Origin: Octopus vulgaris
Taxonomy: Eukaryota
Direction of reading: 5' to 3'
NCBI GenBank assembly: GCA_951406725.2
Contig: OX597821.1
Coordinates: 74,586,001-74,650,000, forward strand
Length of the DNA: 64,000 bases
Both the position numbers and the translations under genes were made by a program. The notes beneath the pieces are model-generated. The model was not told where the DNA came from and did not search any database. It was given only the letters and a program-made list of their open reading frames with translations. Shown piece after piece: positions 14,927-27,200 of this stretch (positions are counted from its first letter, which is position 1; each line of letters begins with the position of its first letter).

Positions 14927-15059
14927 GCATATACGGTCGTCTTTCAGTTCCGTTTGACAAGGCTTTGGTAGGCCCGAGGTTGCAGTGGAAAACACCCACC
15001 CAAGGTTTGGAAGCAGGAGTGACTGCGTTGTATAAAGTGTACATACACACCCTCCATTT

Positions 15060-15465
15060 GTGTGATGTGCAGAATATTACATCAATATTGCACAAATGAT
15101 ATTGGCATCAATTTTAAAATTCATCCAAGACTTGATCCCCGCGCTATCCGCTCTCTACAAAAATCGAACACAGTACGCGTATCAACATTACGCCACAACT
15201 ACTTTATCTCAACCGTTCCATCACTCTTTAATTCCATACCAAAATACGTCAAAACGGAAACGGATCCCATAAAATTCAAAAGTTCTCAGGACAAATTTCT
15301 TCAAAAAATCCTGGACCAACCTCCTACACCCAGATGTGTCTCCAACTATTATAACTCTTTGCTAGGGTGGGCCATGGTGCCCCATATGCGACTAAAAGAT
15401 TTCACAAGGTGCTGTTATTAAGTTAGACATGGCCTGGGCCTATACTGGCTGAAACCTATAAAAGT
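15060..15465 (+). mobile_element. 3' end of an old CR1/L2-group LINE
   Basis: ...STVPSLFNSIPKYVK...FKSSQDKFLQKILDQPPTP is a typical ORF2 C-terminus; a short UTR and a (CA)n tract follow. Confidence 0.65.
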
Positions 15466-15478
15466 TATGAAAATTACA

Positions 15479-15550
<72 letters not shown>

Positions 15551-15622
15551 TACACACACAAACACACTCACATACAAATACATATATGTATATACACACA
15601 CACATACACACAGACCCAAATG

Positions 15623-15759
<137 letters not shown>

Positions 15760-16016
15760 ATATATATATATATATATATATATAATGCTTTGCCAGGCAG
15801 TTCAAATTTGACTGAATAAGCAGTAGAATGAGAAACTTGAAGTCTCAGAAAAAGATGTTCTCAATAAATTTTACGCTACTAAATATATAGCGAATCAGTG
15901 AGGCAGTTAAAGACTGTTCAGTTTATTTTGACCCACATCTGTCTTGTGCTACCCATACTTCCACTAACCGAATTCAGTTTCAACCAATGCAGCATTATCA
16001 TTATTTCATTACTTAA

Positions 16017-16160
16017 AGGCGGCGAGCTGGCAAAATGCTTAGCGGCATTTCGTCCGCCTTTACATTCAAATTCCGCCGAGGTCAGCTTTGACTTTCATCC
16101 TTTCGTGGTCGATAAATTAAGTACTGGGGTCGATCGTGTACTTATAGTAGAAAGGATTAT
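16017..16160 (+). mobile_element. Deleted SINE family A copy
   Basis: ggcggcgagctggca...ttcaaattccgccgaggtc...ctttcatcctttcgtggtcgataaattaagtac. Confidence 0.75.
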
Positions 16161-16837
16161 TTCATTACTCTCTTTTTTGTCTTCCTTCCACATGGTTCTG
16201 CCACATTCACGTGGAATAGCTTCTGTGACTCCCTCTGTGACTCTGTGCTACTCTTGTACGACATTCTGTTCTAACTACAAACCCACAACTTCAATTTCCA
16301 TTGAAACTACTGAGAAAAGATATATTTACACCTTTCATATTTTGTACCCAATCCTTCTATGCCCTTTCCCATCCAAGACAACATCATGATGTGAAGACAT
16401 GTCTTAAGTCCAGGAGGTTGCTTTATTATGACAACAGAGTTGTACAACTTGATCCATCTACAGCCTAGTTACATCAGTCAACACCTGAGATATAGGTTCC
16501 TTTCGTTTACACTAGTGTGTTGCCGCTCTGTAGATGACAATGAACCTAAGTTTTGTGGACCCTGAGAAAAAAACCAACTGACGCTTTACGAGAATCAACC
16601 AACCGGAACGCTTGATGACCAATAGGCACATACTACTGTCCGAGTTCCTACAAGGAAGTCGACTAAACAGAATACCAAATTTGACCAAAACAATAACAGG
16701 TTCTGTATCAAAATAAAGTGACGTCGCGAAACCTATAACCAGTCAAAACCTAATTCAGTTCTATATTTGAGGAATTATGTACATTACTTACCTTATATAG
16801 TTTTTGACGGATATTTGTCCTCATCTTGTTTGTTGTT

Positions 16838-16883
16838 AACACAACGTTTCGGCTGATATACCCTCCAGTCTTCTTCGGGTGTC
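16838..16883 (-). ncRNA. Degenerate minimal hammerhead motif (opposite arm)
   Basis: GACAC-CCGAAGA-A-GACTG..CAGCC-GAAACGTT-GTGTT. Core has a U>C change; the palindromic ACGT stem III is intact. Confidence 0.5.
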
Positions 16884-16963
16884 TTGGGGAAATTTCGAAC
16901 CTGGGTTTTCATTCCTAAGGTATTTTTCGATGTTGTTATAATAATAATGATAATAATAATAAC

Positions 16964-17028
<65 letters not shown>

Positions 17029-17086
17029 CAACAACAACATCGAAAATTACTTCAGGAATGAGAACCCAGGTTCGAAATTTCCCCAA

Positions 17087-17132
17087 AACACCTGATGAAG
17101 GCTGAAGGGCATATCAGTCGAAATGTTGTGTT
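17087..17132 (+). ncRNA. Minimal type I hammerhead ribozyme motif
   Basis: AACAC-CTGATGA-A-GGCTG(loop)CAGTC-GAAA-T-GTT-GTGTT: stem I AACAC/GTGTT, stem II GGCTG/CAGTC, NUH = GUU. Confidence 0.65.
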
Positions 17133-17214
17133 AACAACAAACAAGATGAGGACAAATATCCGTCAATTGTATATAATGTAAATAATGCACAATCGAAACT
17201 TGTTCCTAAGTACA

Positions 17215-17820
17215 GGGAAGCAAGCAAGCAAGCAAGCAAGCAAACAACCAGCCAGCCAACCAACCAACCAAACAAGCAATCAACCAATCTACCAACCAAC
17301 CATCCAGCCGGCCAACCACTCAACCAACCAACCAATCAACCAACCAACCCCAACCATCCAACCAACCAAACAATCAGCCAATCAAGCCAACCAACCAACC
17401 AATCAGCCAATCAGCCAACCAATCAACCAACCAGTCAACCTACCAACAAAACAATCAACCAACCAACCAATCAACTAACCAGCCAACCACCCACCCACCC
17501 AACCAACTAATCAACCAACAAACAAGCCAATCAACCAACCAATCAACCAATCAACCAAACAATCACCCAACGAACCAACGAACCAACCAATTAACCAGCC
17601 AACCAACCACCCAACCATCCAATCAACCAGCCAACAAACCATCAAGCCAACCAGACAGCCTGCCAACCAATCAACCAGCCAGCCAGCCAGCCAGCCAGCC
17701 AACCAACCAACCAACCAACCAACCAACCAACCAACCAACCAGCCAGCCAGTCTGCCAATCAACCAACCAACTAACCAACCAACCAACCAACCAACCAACC
17801 AACCAATCAACCAACCAGCC
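17215..17820. repeat. Degenerate (AACC)n/(AGCC)n tetranucleotide tract
   Basis: Read directly. Confidence 0.9.
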
Positions 17821-18369
17821 ACAACACTAAAGCCAAAACAAAATCTATTTTTTTGACCAAAAACATCCACCAGGAAGGATAAGACGTTATCAAAATATAA
17901 CGAATCAAAAATTAGATCCATTCGCGTAAAAGCATACATACACAAGATATGCTCTCCGTTAAAAGAGCACAGTTCATGACGGAAAAAAGGAACTACACGC
18001 ACGACAACAGAAACTGTAAAACCACCCCCTTCTTTTACTCTCTTTCTCTTTTCTTTTCTCTCCTTTGTCCACGTATTCTATAAAAATATCACCGAACTTT
18101 TCGTAACGCACTTTGTTCTATTCTTCGCCGAATATTTACTTTGATATTATCTATCCCTGTGAAACTCATTGAATTTTATGTGAACATTTGATCATTTGAG
18201 CGTTTAAATAGGTTTATCGGAATTCTTCTTCGTAATTTTAAATCCTGTTAAAATCCCATTGTTTTATATACATTTGTCCCATTGATAAACAAAACATTGT
18301 TGAAACTAGTTTGGTATTATGTGAATAAATCTATTTAAAAACAACAACAACTTGTTTTTCAAATTCAGG

Positions 18370-18710
18370 TGCGTTTTCAAACCCCTAAAAGAAATTCTAT
18401 ATTTTTTCTTGCGTGGTGATACACCTCCACCAGTTATTCTGCCTATATGTCTGTGCACATCTTTCAATGCAATGTATGCCAGAAGGTTTGCAAATCTAAC
18501 GGAGGCCTCAAAAGACATTTTAAGATCCACAAAGATCAGAACTTAACTGCAGTTCTTGGTGGTCCAAATCGGATATGCAATCTATGTGGGTGTCTTTTCA
18601 AAACGTTGTCCGGTTTAAAAGCCATATCAGATGCCATTATAGTTCTAAGGTGTAGGTAGCGGATGTGGCCAAACTCTGCATAAGAAGTAAACAACCACCA
18701 TATATATATA
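18370..18710 (+). mobile_element. Probable 3' end of an RTE-like LINE encoding two C2H2 zinc fingers
   Basis: CNVCQKVCKSNGGLKRHFKIH is an intact finger. CNLCGCLFKTLSGLK/SHIRCH has a 1-nt frameshift. No TGEKP linker; short UTR then (TA)n. The RTE assignment is inference. Confidence 0.55.
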
Positions 18711-19080
18711 TAAACAGATACATATACATTCGTAAATATATCTGTTGAATTGAACATTAAACATACAAGTCTGACGTTGTTACTGAAGCTTAATGCGTAA
18801 CTGTCTGATAGCAGATCTGGAAGTGAATTTATAATAAATTTAGCGAAATTGTTTGGTTGTTGAGTGTTCAGTTGTAATATGAAACAAATTGGCAATCTAT
18901 TAACTGTTTACTTAGGGCTCATTATTACATTGTTTTGGCTACTTCACTTGTTAACTTTTCGACCGAAGAAAGAACCAAGAAATACATTAAATCAGATTAA
19001 CAATAACGGCATCTTTCAGTCTTTGTCAAATTTCTAAAATCTTATTCAATTATATACATTAACAGCCATAGCCCTAAGTA

Positions 19081-19121
<41 letters not shown>

Positions 19122-19338
19122 TGGAATGAAGGATTGCGTTAGTAATTTATTCGGTAATAGACGGAACCGGTATACGATTAATTCTTGATTTTTATATCAT
19201 TTTCATCTGTCTTGCCCACCTCTGTTCTGGTGTTCGCTGAATTTTCTCTGGAGAACATTCTTTCTTTGTAGTTAGATCGTATGTGATCTTCTTCTAGTAT
19301 ATGGTTATCCGCCTAGTGGTTTTTAGCTCTAAATATAC

Positions 19339-19402
<64 letters not shown>

Positions 19403-19404
<2 letters not shown>

Positions 19405-21764
19405 CCAAAGTTCAGTGAACTATTTACACTGGCCATACGTGACTCCCCTGATGTGATAGCTATCACCGAGACTTGGCTGACTCCAGCAGTAAAGGACTCA
19501 GAAATCCACCTGCAGGGCTACGTCCTTTTCAGATGTGACTCTTGCCAAGAGTGATCATGCGGTCCTGAAGTTCGTCATGCACACAACTTTTTCCACGCCC
19601 ACGATTACTTCGCTGCCACGTAGAGTCTTCTCTGCAATTAATCTTGAAATTGTAACCGAGGCTTCCGCGCTTCTGGACTGGCGATCCCTGATGACGTTGT
19701 CCTCAGTTGACGAACTATGGTCATCCCTCAAAGCATATGTAATCTGTTTGACTGACCAGGCAGTTCCCGTTGGGCTTCCCAAGAGGAAGAAACACAAGCC
19801 CTGGGTGACGAAGAAGGTTAAACGAGAACGTCGACTCAGAGATATTGCTTGGGCTGAATTCAAAAATCTGGATTCGACTGCAGCTTTTGAGGTGTACAAA
19901 ACTCAACGAGACCGAGCCGTGAAAATTGAAAAGAAAGAACGCTTCAGTTATGAATACAAAATCGCGGCAAATGCCAGTAGCAATCCAAAAACCTTCTTTG
20001 CCCATGTCCAGCGGAATTCCCGCTTGAACAACCAGATTGCAACGTTGGTAGACTCAACAGGCGTATCGATTGAGGACCCTTATCAACGAGGCTTTTTCAA
20101 CTATTTTCAAACAAGATGATGGTCGTGAACCCCCCCCCCCCCCATTTGATAGATCGGTACCTCCAATGCTTCGATTGATCATCACGCGGGACGAAGTCAA
20201 ACGTGTTATTCAAGGCCTCGATGTCAACAAGGGTCACGGCCCTGACGGCATACACCCACGGGTTATCAAAGCGTTGGCTCCGGTCATCTGCGAGCCCTTA
20301 ACACGACTATTCAATATGTCATTGGCGACGGGTGTTATACCTGCAGACTGGAGAACAGCGATAATCTGCCCAATTTTCAAGAAAGGGAGCCGCGAAGACC
20401 CGCTTAACTACCGACCGGTTTCCCTTACATCAATAATCAGCAAGATGTTCGAAACCATCCTTAAGAAAAGTATGATGCTCCACCTCCTAAACACAGCCTC
20501 GATCACTGATTCCCAACACGGCTTCGTGCCGAAGAGATCATGCTTGACCAACTTACTAGTAATGGAAGAATTGGTGACGCGCATCCTCGATGATAGTGAT
20601 GCTGTTGACATCGTTTTATTGGACTTTGCCAAAGCTTTTGACTCGGTAACACACCGCCTACTACTTGTCAAGCTTCAAGCATATAGATTCCATCCGGATA
20701 TTGTACGATGGGTTGGTGCCTTCCTCTCAGATCGCTCCTTCCAAGTTCAAGTTAATGGTTCGCGGTCCGACGTCTCCAGTGCGAGCAGTGGCGTGCCTCA
20801 AGGTTCAGTGCTCGGGCCCTTGTTGTTCTTAGTCTTCATAAATGACTTGCCCGACGACCTCACGCAACACACCCTTCTATTTGCCGACGATATCAAACTG
20901 GTCGCTCCTCGCGGTAGTATAGAGGATCTTCGTCGAAGCCTCCACCAAATTTGGAAGTGGTCTAACGATTGGGACCTGTGTCTGAACGTGTCAAAGTGCT
21001 GTCATCTGCCTGTCGGCTCTACTCCTCCAACTCAACTTGATTTCGAGCCGGGTCGTCTGCTGCTGGAGAGGACCGATCAGGTAAAGGACCTGGGTATCTT
21101 GGTGGATTCCTCCTTTTCGCCTTCGGCCCAGTGCGTCCATGCTTCCAACAAAGCGCGCGGAATTCTGTTTTTGATTCGACGGTCATTCGGAATGCTCACA
21201 GCAGCCATATTCCTGCCACTCTATGTCACGCTGGTGAGACCCATATTGGAGTATGGGATTCAAGCCTCTTCTCCTTATCTCCTCAAAGACATACAGCATC
21301 TCGAAAGAGTCCAGAGGCTGGCTACCCGCATGGTTCATGGTCTCAAAAATTTGTCCTACGAAGAAAGGCTGAGGACGCTCGACCTTTATTCTCTTGAAAA
21401 ACGCCGCCGCCGTGGTGATCTCATTCTCGCCCACAACATCATAAGCGGGAAGTGTAACCTCTCGAAAGAGCTGTTCTTCACTCCTGCTCCGGAGCGTCGG
21501 CTGCGGGGTCATTCCGAAAAGCTCTACCTGCGACGATTTCATCTCAATCGAAGGAGAGGAGCTTTCTCCGTCCGGGTTGCGGATCCGTGGAACAAGCTGC
21601 CAGACGAGATGGTGAAGATGCCGACGACCGCTTTGTTCAAAGCCTCCCTGGACCTCAAGTGGCCTGAACTCTTTACATGAACACCACCCTGTACTTAACT
21701 CCATGTCCCCCTACATGGCCTTGCTATTTGCTTTTGAGCCAAATTAACTAACTAACTAACTAAC
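19403..21764 (+). mobile_element. Young CR1-group LINE (5'-truncated ORF2: APE endonuclease remnant plus RT), (TAAC)n tail, inserted in (TA)n
   Basis: PDVIAITETWL (APE N-terminus), KSDH (APE C-terminus), RT motifs GPDGI, NYRPVSL, QHGF, DFAKAFD, GVPQGSVLGP, FADD. (taac)n at ~21745-21764; (TA)n on both sides. Confidence 0.95.
20070..21680 (+). CDS. LINE ORF2 reverse transcriptase and C-terminal domain (open 536 codons; not a host gene)
   Basis: RT subdomains present with no stops; separated from the upstream ORF2 part (19535-20119) by a frameshifting lesion near 20085. Confidence 0.9.
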   Translation: MRTLINEAFSTIFKQDDGREPPPPPFDRSVPPMLRLIITRDEVKRVIQGLDVNKGHGPDGIHPRVIKALAPVICEPLTRLFNMSLATGVIPADWRTAIICPIFKKGSREDPLNYRPVSLTSIISKMFETILKKSMMLHLLNTASITDSQHGFVPKRSCLTNLLVMEELVTRILDDSDAVDIVLLDFAKAFDSVTHRLLLVKLQAYRFHPDIVRWVGAFLSDRSFQVQVNGSRSDVSSASSGVPQGSVLGPLLFLVFINDLPDDLTQHTLLFADDIKLVAPRGSIEDLRRSLHQIWKWSNDWDLCLNVSKCCHLPVGSTPPTQLDFEPGRLLLERTDQVKDLGILVDSSFSPSAQCVHASNKARGILFLIRRSFGMLTAAIFLPLYVTLVRPILEYGIQASSPYLLKDIQHLERVQRLATRMVHGLKNLSYEERLRTLDLYSLEKRRRRGDLILAHNIISGKCNLSKELFFTPAPERRLRGHSEKLYLRRFHLNRRRGAFSVRVADPWNKLPDEMVKMPTTALFKASLDLKWPELFT

Positions 21765-21920
21765 ATATATATATATATATACTAAGTAATTAAGGGTTAG
21801 TATTACTTAGTATTACTTAGTATTACTTAAACCTTCCTCGAATGGGGCTTTTACATGCCGAAATCTACTTGGTGTAATTAATGATTATTCCAAATTAATT
21901 AATTTCACCCTATATTATTA

Positions 21921-21980
<60 letters not shown>

Positions 21981-21999
21981 CATACATACATATATATAG

Positions 22000-22032
<33 letters not shown>

Positions 22033-22235
22033 TGTATGTATGTATGTATGTATGTATGTATGTATGTATGTATGTGTAGGGGCGTATGTTTGTACGGCGC
22101 TGTGTAATTGGGATTAGCAGGTATCGGGAAGACTTTGTGATGTATTTGAATAGGCTTCCCCAAGTTTACCAAAATTAGTGTAAAACAACATTCTATATGG
22201 GTTGGTGGCACCTGTGTGTGTGTGTGTGTGTGCGC

Positions 22236-22275
<40 letters not shown>

Positions 22276-22369
22276 GTGTGTGTGTGCGTGCGAGGAAAAT
22301 TAACTACAAATGAAGGACAAATCAAAGAAAAATATTGCCAACAGTTAGATAAACCCTCTTTTTCTCTAT

Positions 22370-22630
22370 CTTTCACTTTCTCTCTGTCTGACTGTCTGTT
22401 TATCTGTCTGTTTGTCTCTCTCTTTCTGTCTGTCTCTTTCTCTCTCTCTCTCTCTCATTCTGTCAGTCTCTCTGTCTGTCTATCTCTGTGTATCTGTCTC
22501 TGTCTTTGACTGTCTGACTGTTTGTCTCTCTTTCTGTCTGTCTCTTTCTAACACTCTCTCTTTTTCTCCGTCAGTCCTTCTCTCTATTCCTCTGTCACTC
22601 TCTCTTTTACTCTCTGTCTGTCTGTCTGTC

Positions 22631-22677
<47 letters not shown>

Positions 22678-22713
22678 GTCTGTTTGTCTGTCTGTCCCAC
22701 TCTCCCATCCTCC

Positions 22714-22792
<79 letters not shown>
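22370..22792. repeat. (CT)n/(CTGT)n microsatellite
   Basis: Read directly. Confidence 0.9.
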
Positions 22793-22796
<4 letters not shown>

Positions 22797-22974
22797 GCAG
22801 CATTTACAGTTTTAGCATGTTTTCTTTTGTTTTTGTTTGTTTTAGTTGAGCTGCAATAATTATGATAGATGGCCTTTTTAGAGAAAGCATCTCAAAATGA
22901 CCTCTGAATCCGTATTTCGGCTGTTAACATATGTACACACACGCGCACATAGACACACAGACACACACACACAC

Positions 22975-23500
22975 ACACATCTCCATACACACACACATAT
23001 CTCCATACACACATCTCCATACACACACACACGTATCTCCACACACACGTATCTCCACACACACATCTCCATACACACACATATCTCCACACACACATCT
23101 CCATACACACACATATCTCCACACACCTTCATACACACACACACATCTACACACACACACGTATCTCCACACACATCTCCATACACACACATATCTCCAT
23201 ACACACATCTCCATACACACACACACATCTCCATACACACACACACGTATCTCCACTCACACACATCTCCATACACACATCTCCATACACACACACACGT
23301 ATCTCCACACACACACATCTCCATACACACACATATCTCCATACACACATCTCCATACACACATACATCTCCATACACACACACATCTCTATATACACAC
23401 ATCTTCATACACACACATATCTCCACGCACACATCTTCATACACACACATATCTCTACACACACACATCTCCATACATACACACACATACACAAACATCT
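22975..23500. repeat. Minisatellite of atctcc(at) punctuating variable (CA)n runs
   Basis: acacacatctccat and variants recur every ~12-22 bp. Confidence 0.9.
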
Positions 23501-23962
23501 TCATACTTCATACACACACACACGCGCACACACACACACATCACCATACACACACGCACACGCACACGCACACACATCTCCGTACACTAAGCCTGCACAG
23601 AATTACTGATAAACTAAACAAGTTAATAGAAATATCAATAAACTTTCGAAATTCCTATTGATTTATGTTAAGTTGATGACTTTGTCAAAGCGTTATACTC
23701 TACTCGGAAGCCTACTTTTTTTTTTGTCTTTTTGTAGCCAAAATTGAATTGAAAAAGGTCAGCGATTTGACGCTAACCGTGACATTCACTTGTTGGCAAC
23801 ATAATTTAATAGCATCGCCACAGTTTAGATCAACACTAGCGTTTGTCTTCTGTTCTCTTGTTCAACAATTGTTTTGACTTGGCTTCTAAGTAACAAACAT
23901 GTCGTTTCATCGCTCTCTCTCTCCATTTTGTTTGTTGTGTTTTCATGATTCTTTATATCAGT

Positions 23963-24260
23963 GAAGGCTCGTGGCTTACTGCTGACGATATTTGGATCGC
24001 GATCGTAAGGCTGTGAGTTCCATTCTTGGCGGTGCGTTGCCTACTGGAGCAACGGACCCTTTTTTTTTAACGTTGCTCAGCTGGGAAAAATAAGTTGTAC
24101 CTGGAGTCAAAGGGCCAGCCCCTGTCACACTCTGTGTCGCGCTGAATCTCTCCGAGACACCCGTTGAGGTCACGCGTGGTTGTGGAGAGCTCAGTCACTT
24201 GTACGAGCTGGCTATTCTGTTGATCGGGATAAAATGAATTACGTGGAATACGCACTCAAG
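23963..24260 (+). mobile_element. Decayed tRNA-derived SINE (family C-type head)
   Basis: gaaggctcgtggcttactg...gatcgtaaggctgtgagttccattc resembles the head of 44988-45277. Confidence 0.55.
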
Positions 24261-24377
24261 ATTTTGTTTATTTTAGGTAATTTTTCATGAAAAATTATTT
24301 CAGAGTTTGAGATGAACTTCAGTTTGCTATCACACACACACACACACACAATATAATAGCTAAATTCCCTTAATATT

Positions 24378-24470
24378 CGACCTCGGCGGAATTTGAACTC
24401 AGAACTTAACGGCAGACAAAATACCGCAAGGCATTTCGCCCGGCACGCTAACGTTTCTGCCAGCTCGCCA
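24378..24470 (-). mobile_element. SINE family A head
   Basis: cgacctcggcggaatttgaactcagaac...ttctgccagctcgcc. Confidence 0.8.
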
Positions 24471-24654
24471 AGTGGACACAGGGGGTAAATATGATAATAT
24501 ATGTGTTTATATAATAATCCAGAAAGATGTGAAGGTCATGGGTGGATTGTCATTATAAAATGTGCACGATCAAGGCCGATCTTGGGAAGAACAACAGTAA
24601 TGACAACAGCAACATGTGTGCGTGTATTCAAAAGCTCAGTGATATTACGATATC

Positions 24655-24920
24655 TTTTATCTTTTATTGGTTTCAATCTTTAGACTATGGCCATGCTGGG
24701 GCACCGGCTTGAAGAATTTTCTCTTTGTCGAATGAATAGATCTCACTACTTACATTTTTATTAAGCCTGTCTCTTTTACCGAATCACTAAGTCACAGGGA
24801 CATAAACATACCAACTTGGATAAGCAAAGGGGTCGATAAATAAGTGCCAGTTCCGTACAGGGGGCGACTGGCTCCCCTCCTCCAAAAATGTCAGGCCTTG
24901 TGCCTAGAGTAGAAAAGTAT
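24655..24920. mobile_element. SINE family B tail (-) abutting SINE family A 3' end (+)
   Basis: gactatggccatgctggggcacc...; ggggtcgataaataagtgccag...gtgcctagagtagaaaag. Confidence 0.6.
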
Positions 24921-25143
24921 ATTTAATTTTGCTTGCAATAGCCAGTTCCTTTGGTCAAACTATCGTATCTCCAGCTGCTTCAGATGAAAATTTTCAAAGT
25001 GTAGTAGAACGGTTTAGCATTTTTCAAAAGCATAGTAAGCCCCATATATTACAATTTTGCAAAAATATTTCTGACTGAGAATATCATACATTCATGGAGT
25101 TATGATTTTATGCACCCAACAAAGTATTATTGTTAATATATAA

Positions 25144-25198
<55 letters not shown>

Positions 25199-25244
25199 TA
25201 CATGCACATACACACACATACAAACACACAAATATATATATATA

Positions 25245-25465
25245 CAATGGGCCTCTTTGAGTTTCCGTCTACCAAATCCACTCACAAGGCTTTGATCGAC
25301 TCGAGGCTATAGTAGAATACACCTGTCGAAGGTGTCTCTCAGTGGAACTGAACGCGAAACGATGTGGTTTGGAAGCAACCTTCTTACCGTGCAGCCACAC
25401 CTACGCCTTAATAACGGAAATCGTGCCGCTAAGCACTTTTCCCGGTGCCACAACGATGCCGCCAG
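25245..25465 (-). mobile_element. SINE family B 5' part plus a family A head fragment
   Basis: gtttccgtctaccaaatccactcacaaggcttt...ggaactgaac...cagccacacctacgcct. Confidence 0.75.
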
Positions 25466-26376
25466 TTCGACGTCTTCAAACAAAATATTGATTTCATTCT
25501 GTTTATTTTATTTTTACAATTTGTGTATAACAACAGCGTTGTTTATTACAGGATTCTGAATGGCCTTTTTGCTTATCCAAGCATCTCTGATAGTGAAATT
25601 CACAAGGAACTTTATTCATAAAGTACGTGTATCCCAGTTTCCACAACACTCTTCGTATCTTAGGCCGATAGAAATCGATAAATGATCGAAACATTTGTCC
25701 AAAGTGCCATGCAATGAGATCGAAACCGGGAATCACGTTGCTAAGCATACTCCTACACTTCGAAGCCTGCTAGTCCTGCGGCTGTATGGTGGATATTCAA
25801 ACGAAATCACTAATTTGTAATTGAAATTTATTGATCGTTTAACATTTCTGATTCAATCTACTTTTATTTGTGGACAGAGAAATTCTTTCCTTTTTCTCAA
25901 TAAAGGTTTTGTGTAATTTTGTTAACATTACTCCCAACACCTGGACATGTTTTTCTAGGTAAAAATAATCAAATCAAATAAATGCTAAGTAAATGGTCAT
26001 TTCTATTTAATTTTGTAATTTGTCACGTAGAATCATAGGAATAAATTCGGGTTGGTTATATTAAACATTTAATGATTTGATTTGTAGTCATTTCTCTTTC
26101 TCCTAGAGGGTAAAGGAATATAATTTCGACCAAGAAATAAAAGAAAACAATGGCGAATGGAAAGTCTACAGGAATGAATGTCTATAACATTAATTGTATC
26201 AAATGTTGCCAGTTGCTGTTGCAAAGAGCAAAATATTCCAATCTATGAGAAGATGACATAAAAATATTGAACAACTGAAGAAATGTCATTGGCCAATTTA
26301 GGTAGCATTAAAGATGGTTTGTTCGTTGTAGTTGCTGAGGTACTTTTCGATTACATCATGTTAACACAGAATTGTT

Positions 26377-26545
26377 GGGCGGTGGTTTGGCTGACTGGTT
26401 AGAATGTAGGAAATTACTGAGTACAAGGTGGTGTTCAGTTACGGGTCTCTTTCTCTTTCGGAGTTCTAATCCCGTTGAGTTCAGCTTCACCTTTCATCCT
26501 TCGGAGATCGATAAAATAAAGTATCAGCGAAACAATAGGTCGAAG
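26377..26545 (+). mobile_element. Decayed SINE family A copy
   Basis: gggcggtggtttggctgactggttag...cctttcatccttcggagatcgataaaataaagtatcag. Confidence 0.65.
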
Positions 26546-27000
26546 CTGTTCCACTGCTGTACCTATTCCATTGCCGTGCCTATTCCATTGCCGTGCCTAT
26601 TCCATTGTCATGCCTATTCCATTGCCGTGCCTATTCCATTGTCGTGCCTATTCCATTAACCTGCCTATTCCATTGCCATGCCTATTCCATTAACCTGCCT
26701 ATTCTATTGCCGTGCCCATTCCATTGCCGTGCCTATTCCATTTTCGTGCCTATTCCATTAACCTACCTATTCCATAGGCGTGCCTATTTCATTGCCGTGC
26801 TTATTCCATTGCCATGCCTATTCCATTAACCTGCCTATTCCCTTGCCGTGCCTATTCAATCGTCGTGCCTATTCCCTTGCCGTGCCTATTCAATCGTCGT
26901 GCCTATTCCATTGACGTGCCTATTCCATTACCGTGCCTATTCATTCCATTGCCGTGCCTATTCCATCGTCGTGCCTATTCTATTACCGTGCGTATTCCAT
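26546..27000. repeat. 17-bp minisatellite (tattccattgccgtgcc), ~27 units
   Basis: Read directly; variant units such as tattccattaacctgcc are interspersed. Confidence 0.95.
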
Positions 27001-27157
27001 TTATGACAAAATGGAACAGCACAAGTGGACTATACTTTAGAGATGAGGAATTCTGTACATTATTTACATTGGACGGATGTGTGTCCAAACAAGATGAGGA
27101 CACATGTCCGTCCAATGTAAATAATGTAACACAAGTAGAGACACTTGAGAACCGAAA

Positions 27158-27200
27158 GTCGCTGAAGAGGTCCCAGAATGTGTGACGAAAGAACTTCGAC
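27158..27200 (+). ncRNA. Type I hammerhead ribozyme motif
   Basis: GTCG-CTGAAGA-G-GTCCCAGAATGTGTGAC-GAAA-G-AA-C-TT-CGAC: stem I GTCG/CGAC, stem II GTC.CA/TG.GAC, NUH = CUU. Confidence 0.55.

Larger units (their letters stand above)
16768..17190. mobile_element. Palindromic non-autonomous repeat with a (TAA)n spacer, probably Penelope-terminus-derived; each arm carries a hammerhead motif
   Basis: ~155-bp inverted arms (about 16780-16938 and 17035-17190). Partial copies at 76-125, 7511-7570 and 27042-27130. Confidence 0.8.

Noticed and set aside
21183-21704. 173-aa antisense ORF, also at 45523-46044
   Set aside because: Shadow of the LINE RT frame; present twice only because the copies are nearly identical.
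26546-27000. CRISPR array or repetitive protein
   Set aside because: Contiguous 17-bp units without spacers; the period is not a multiple of 3.
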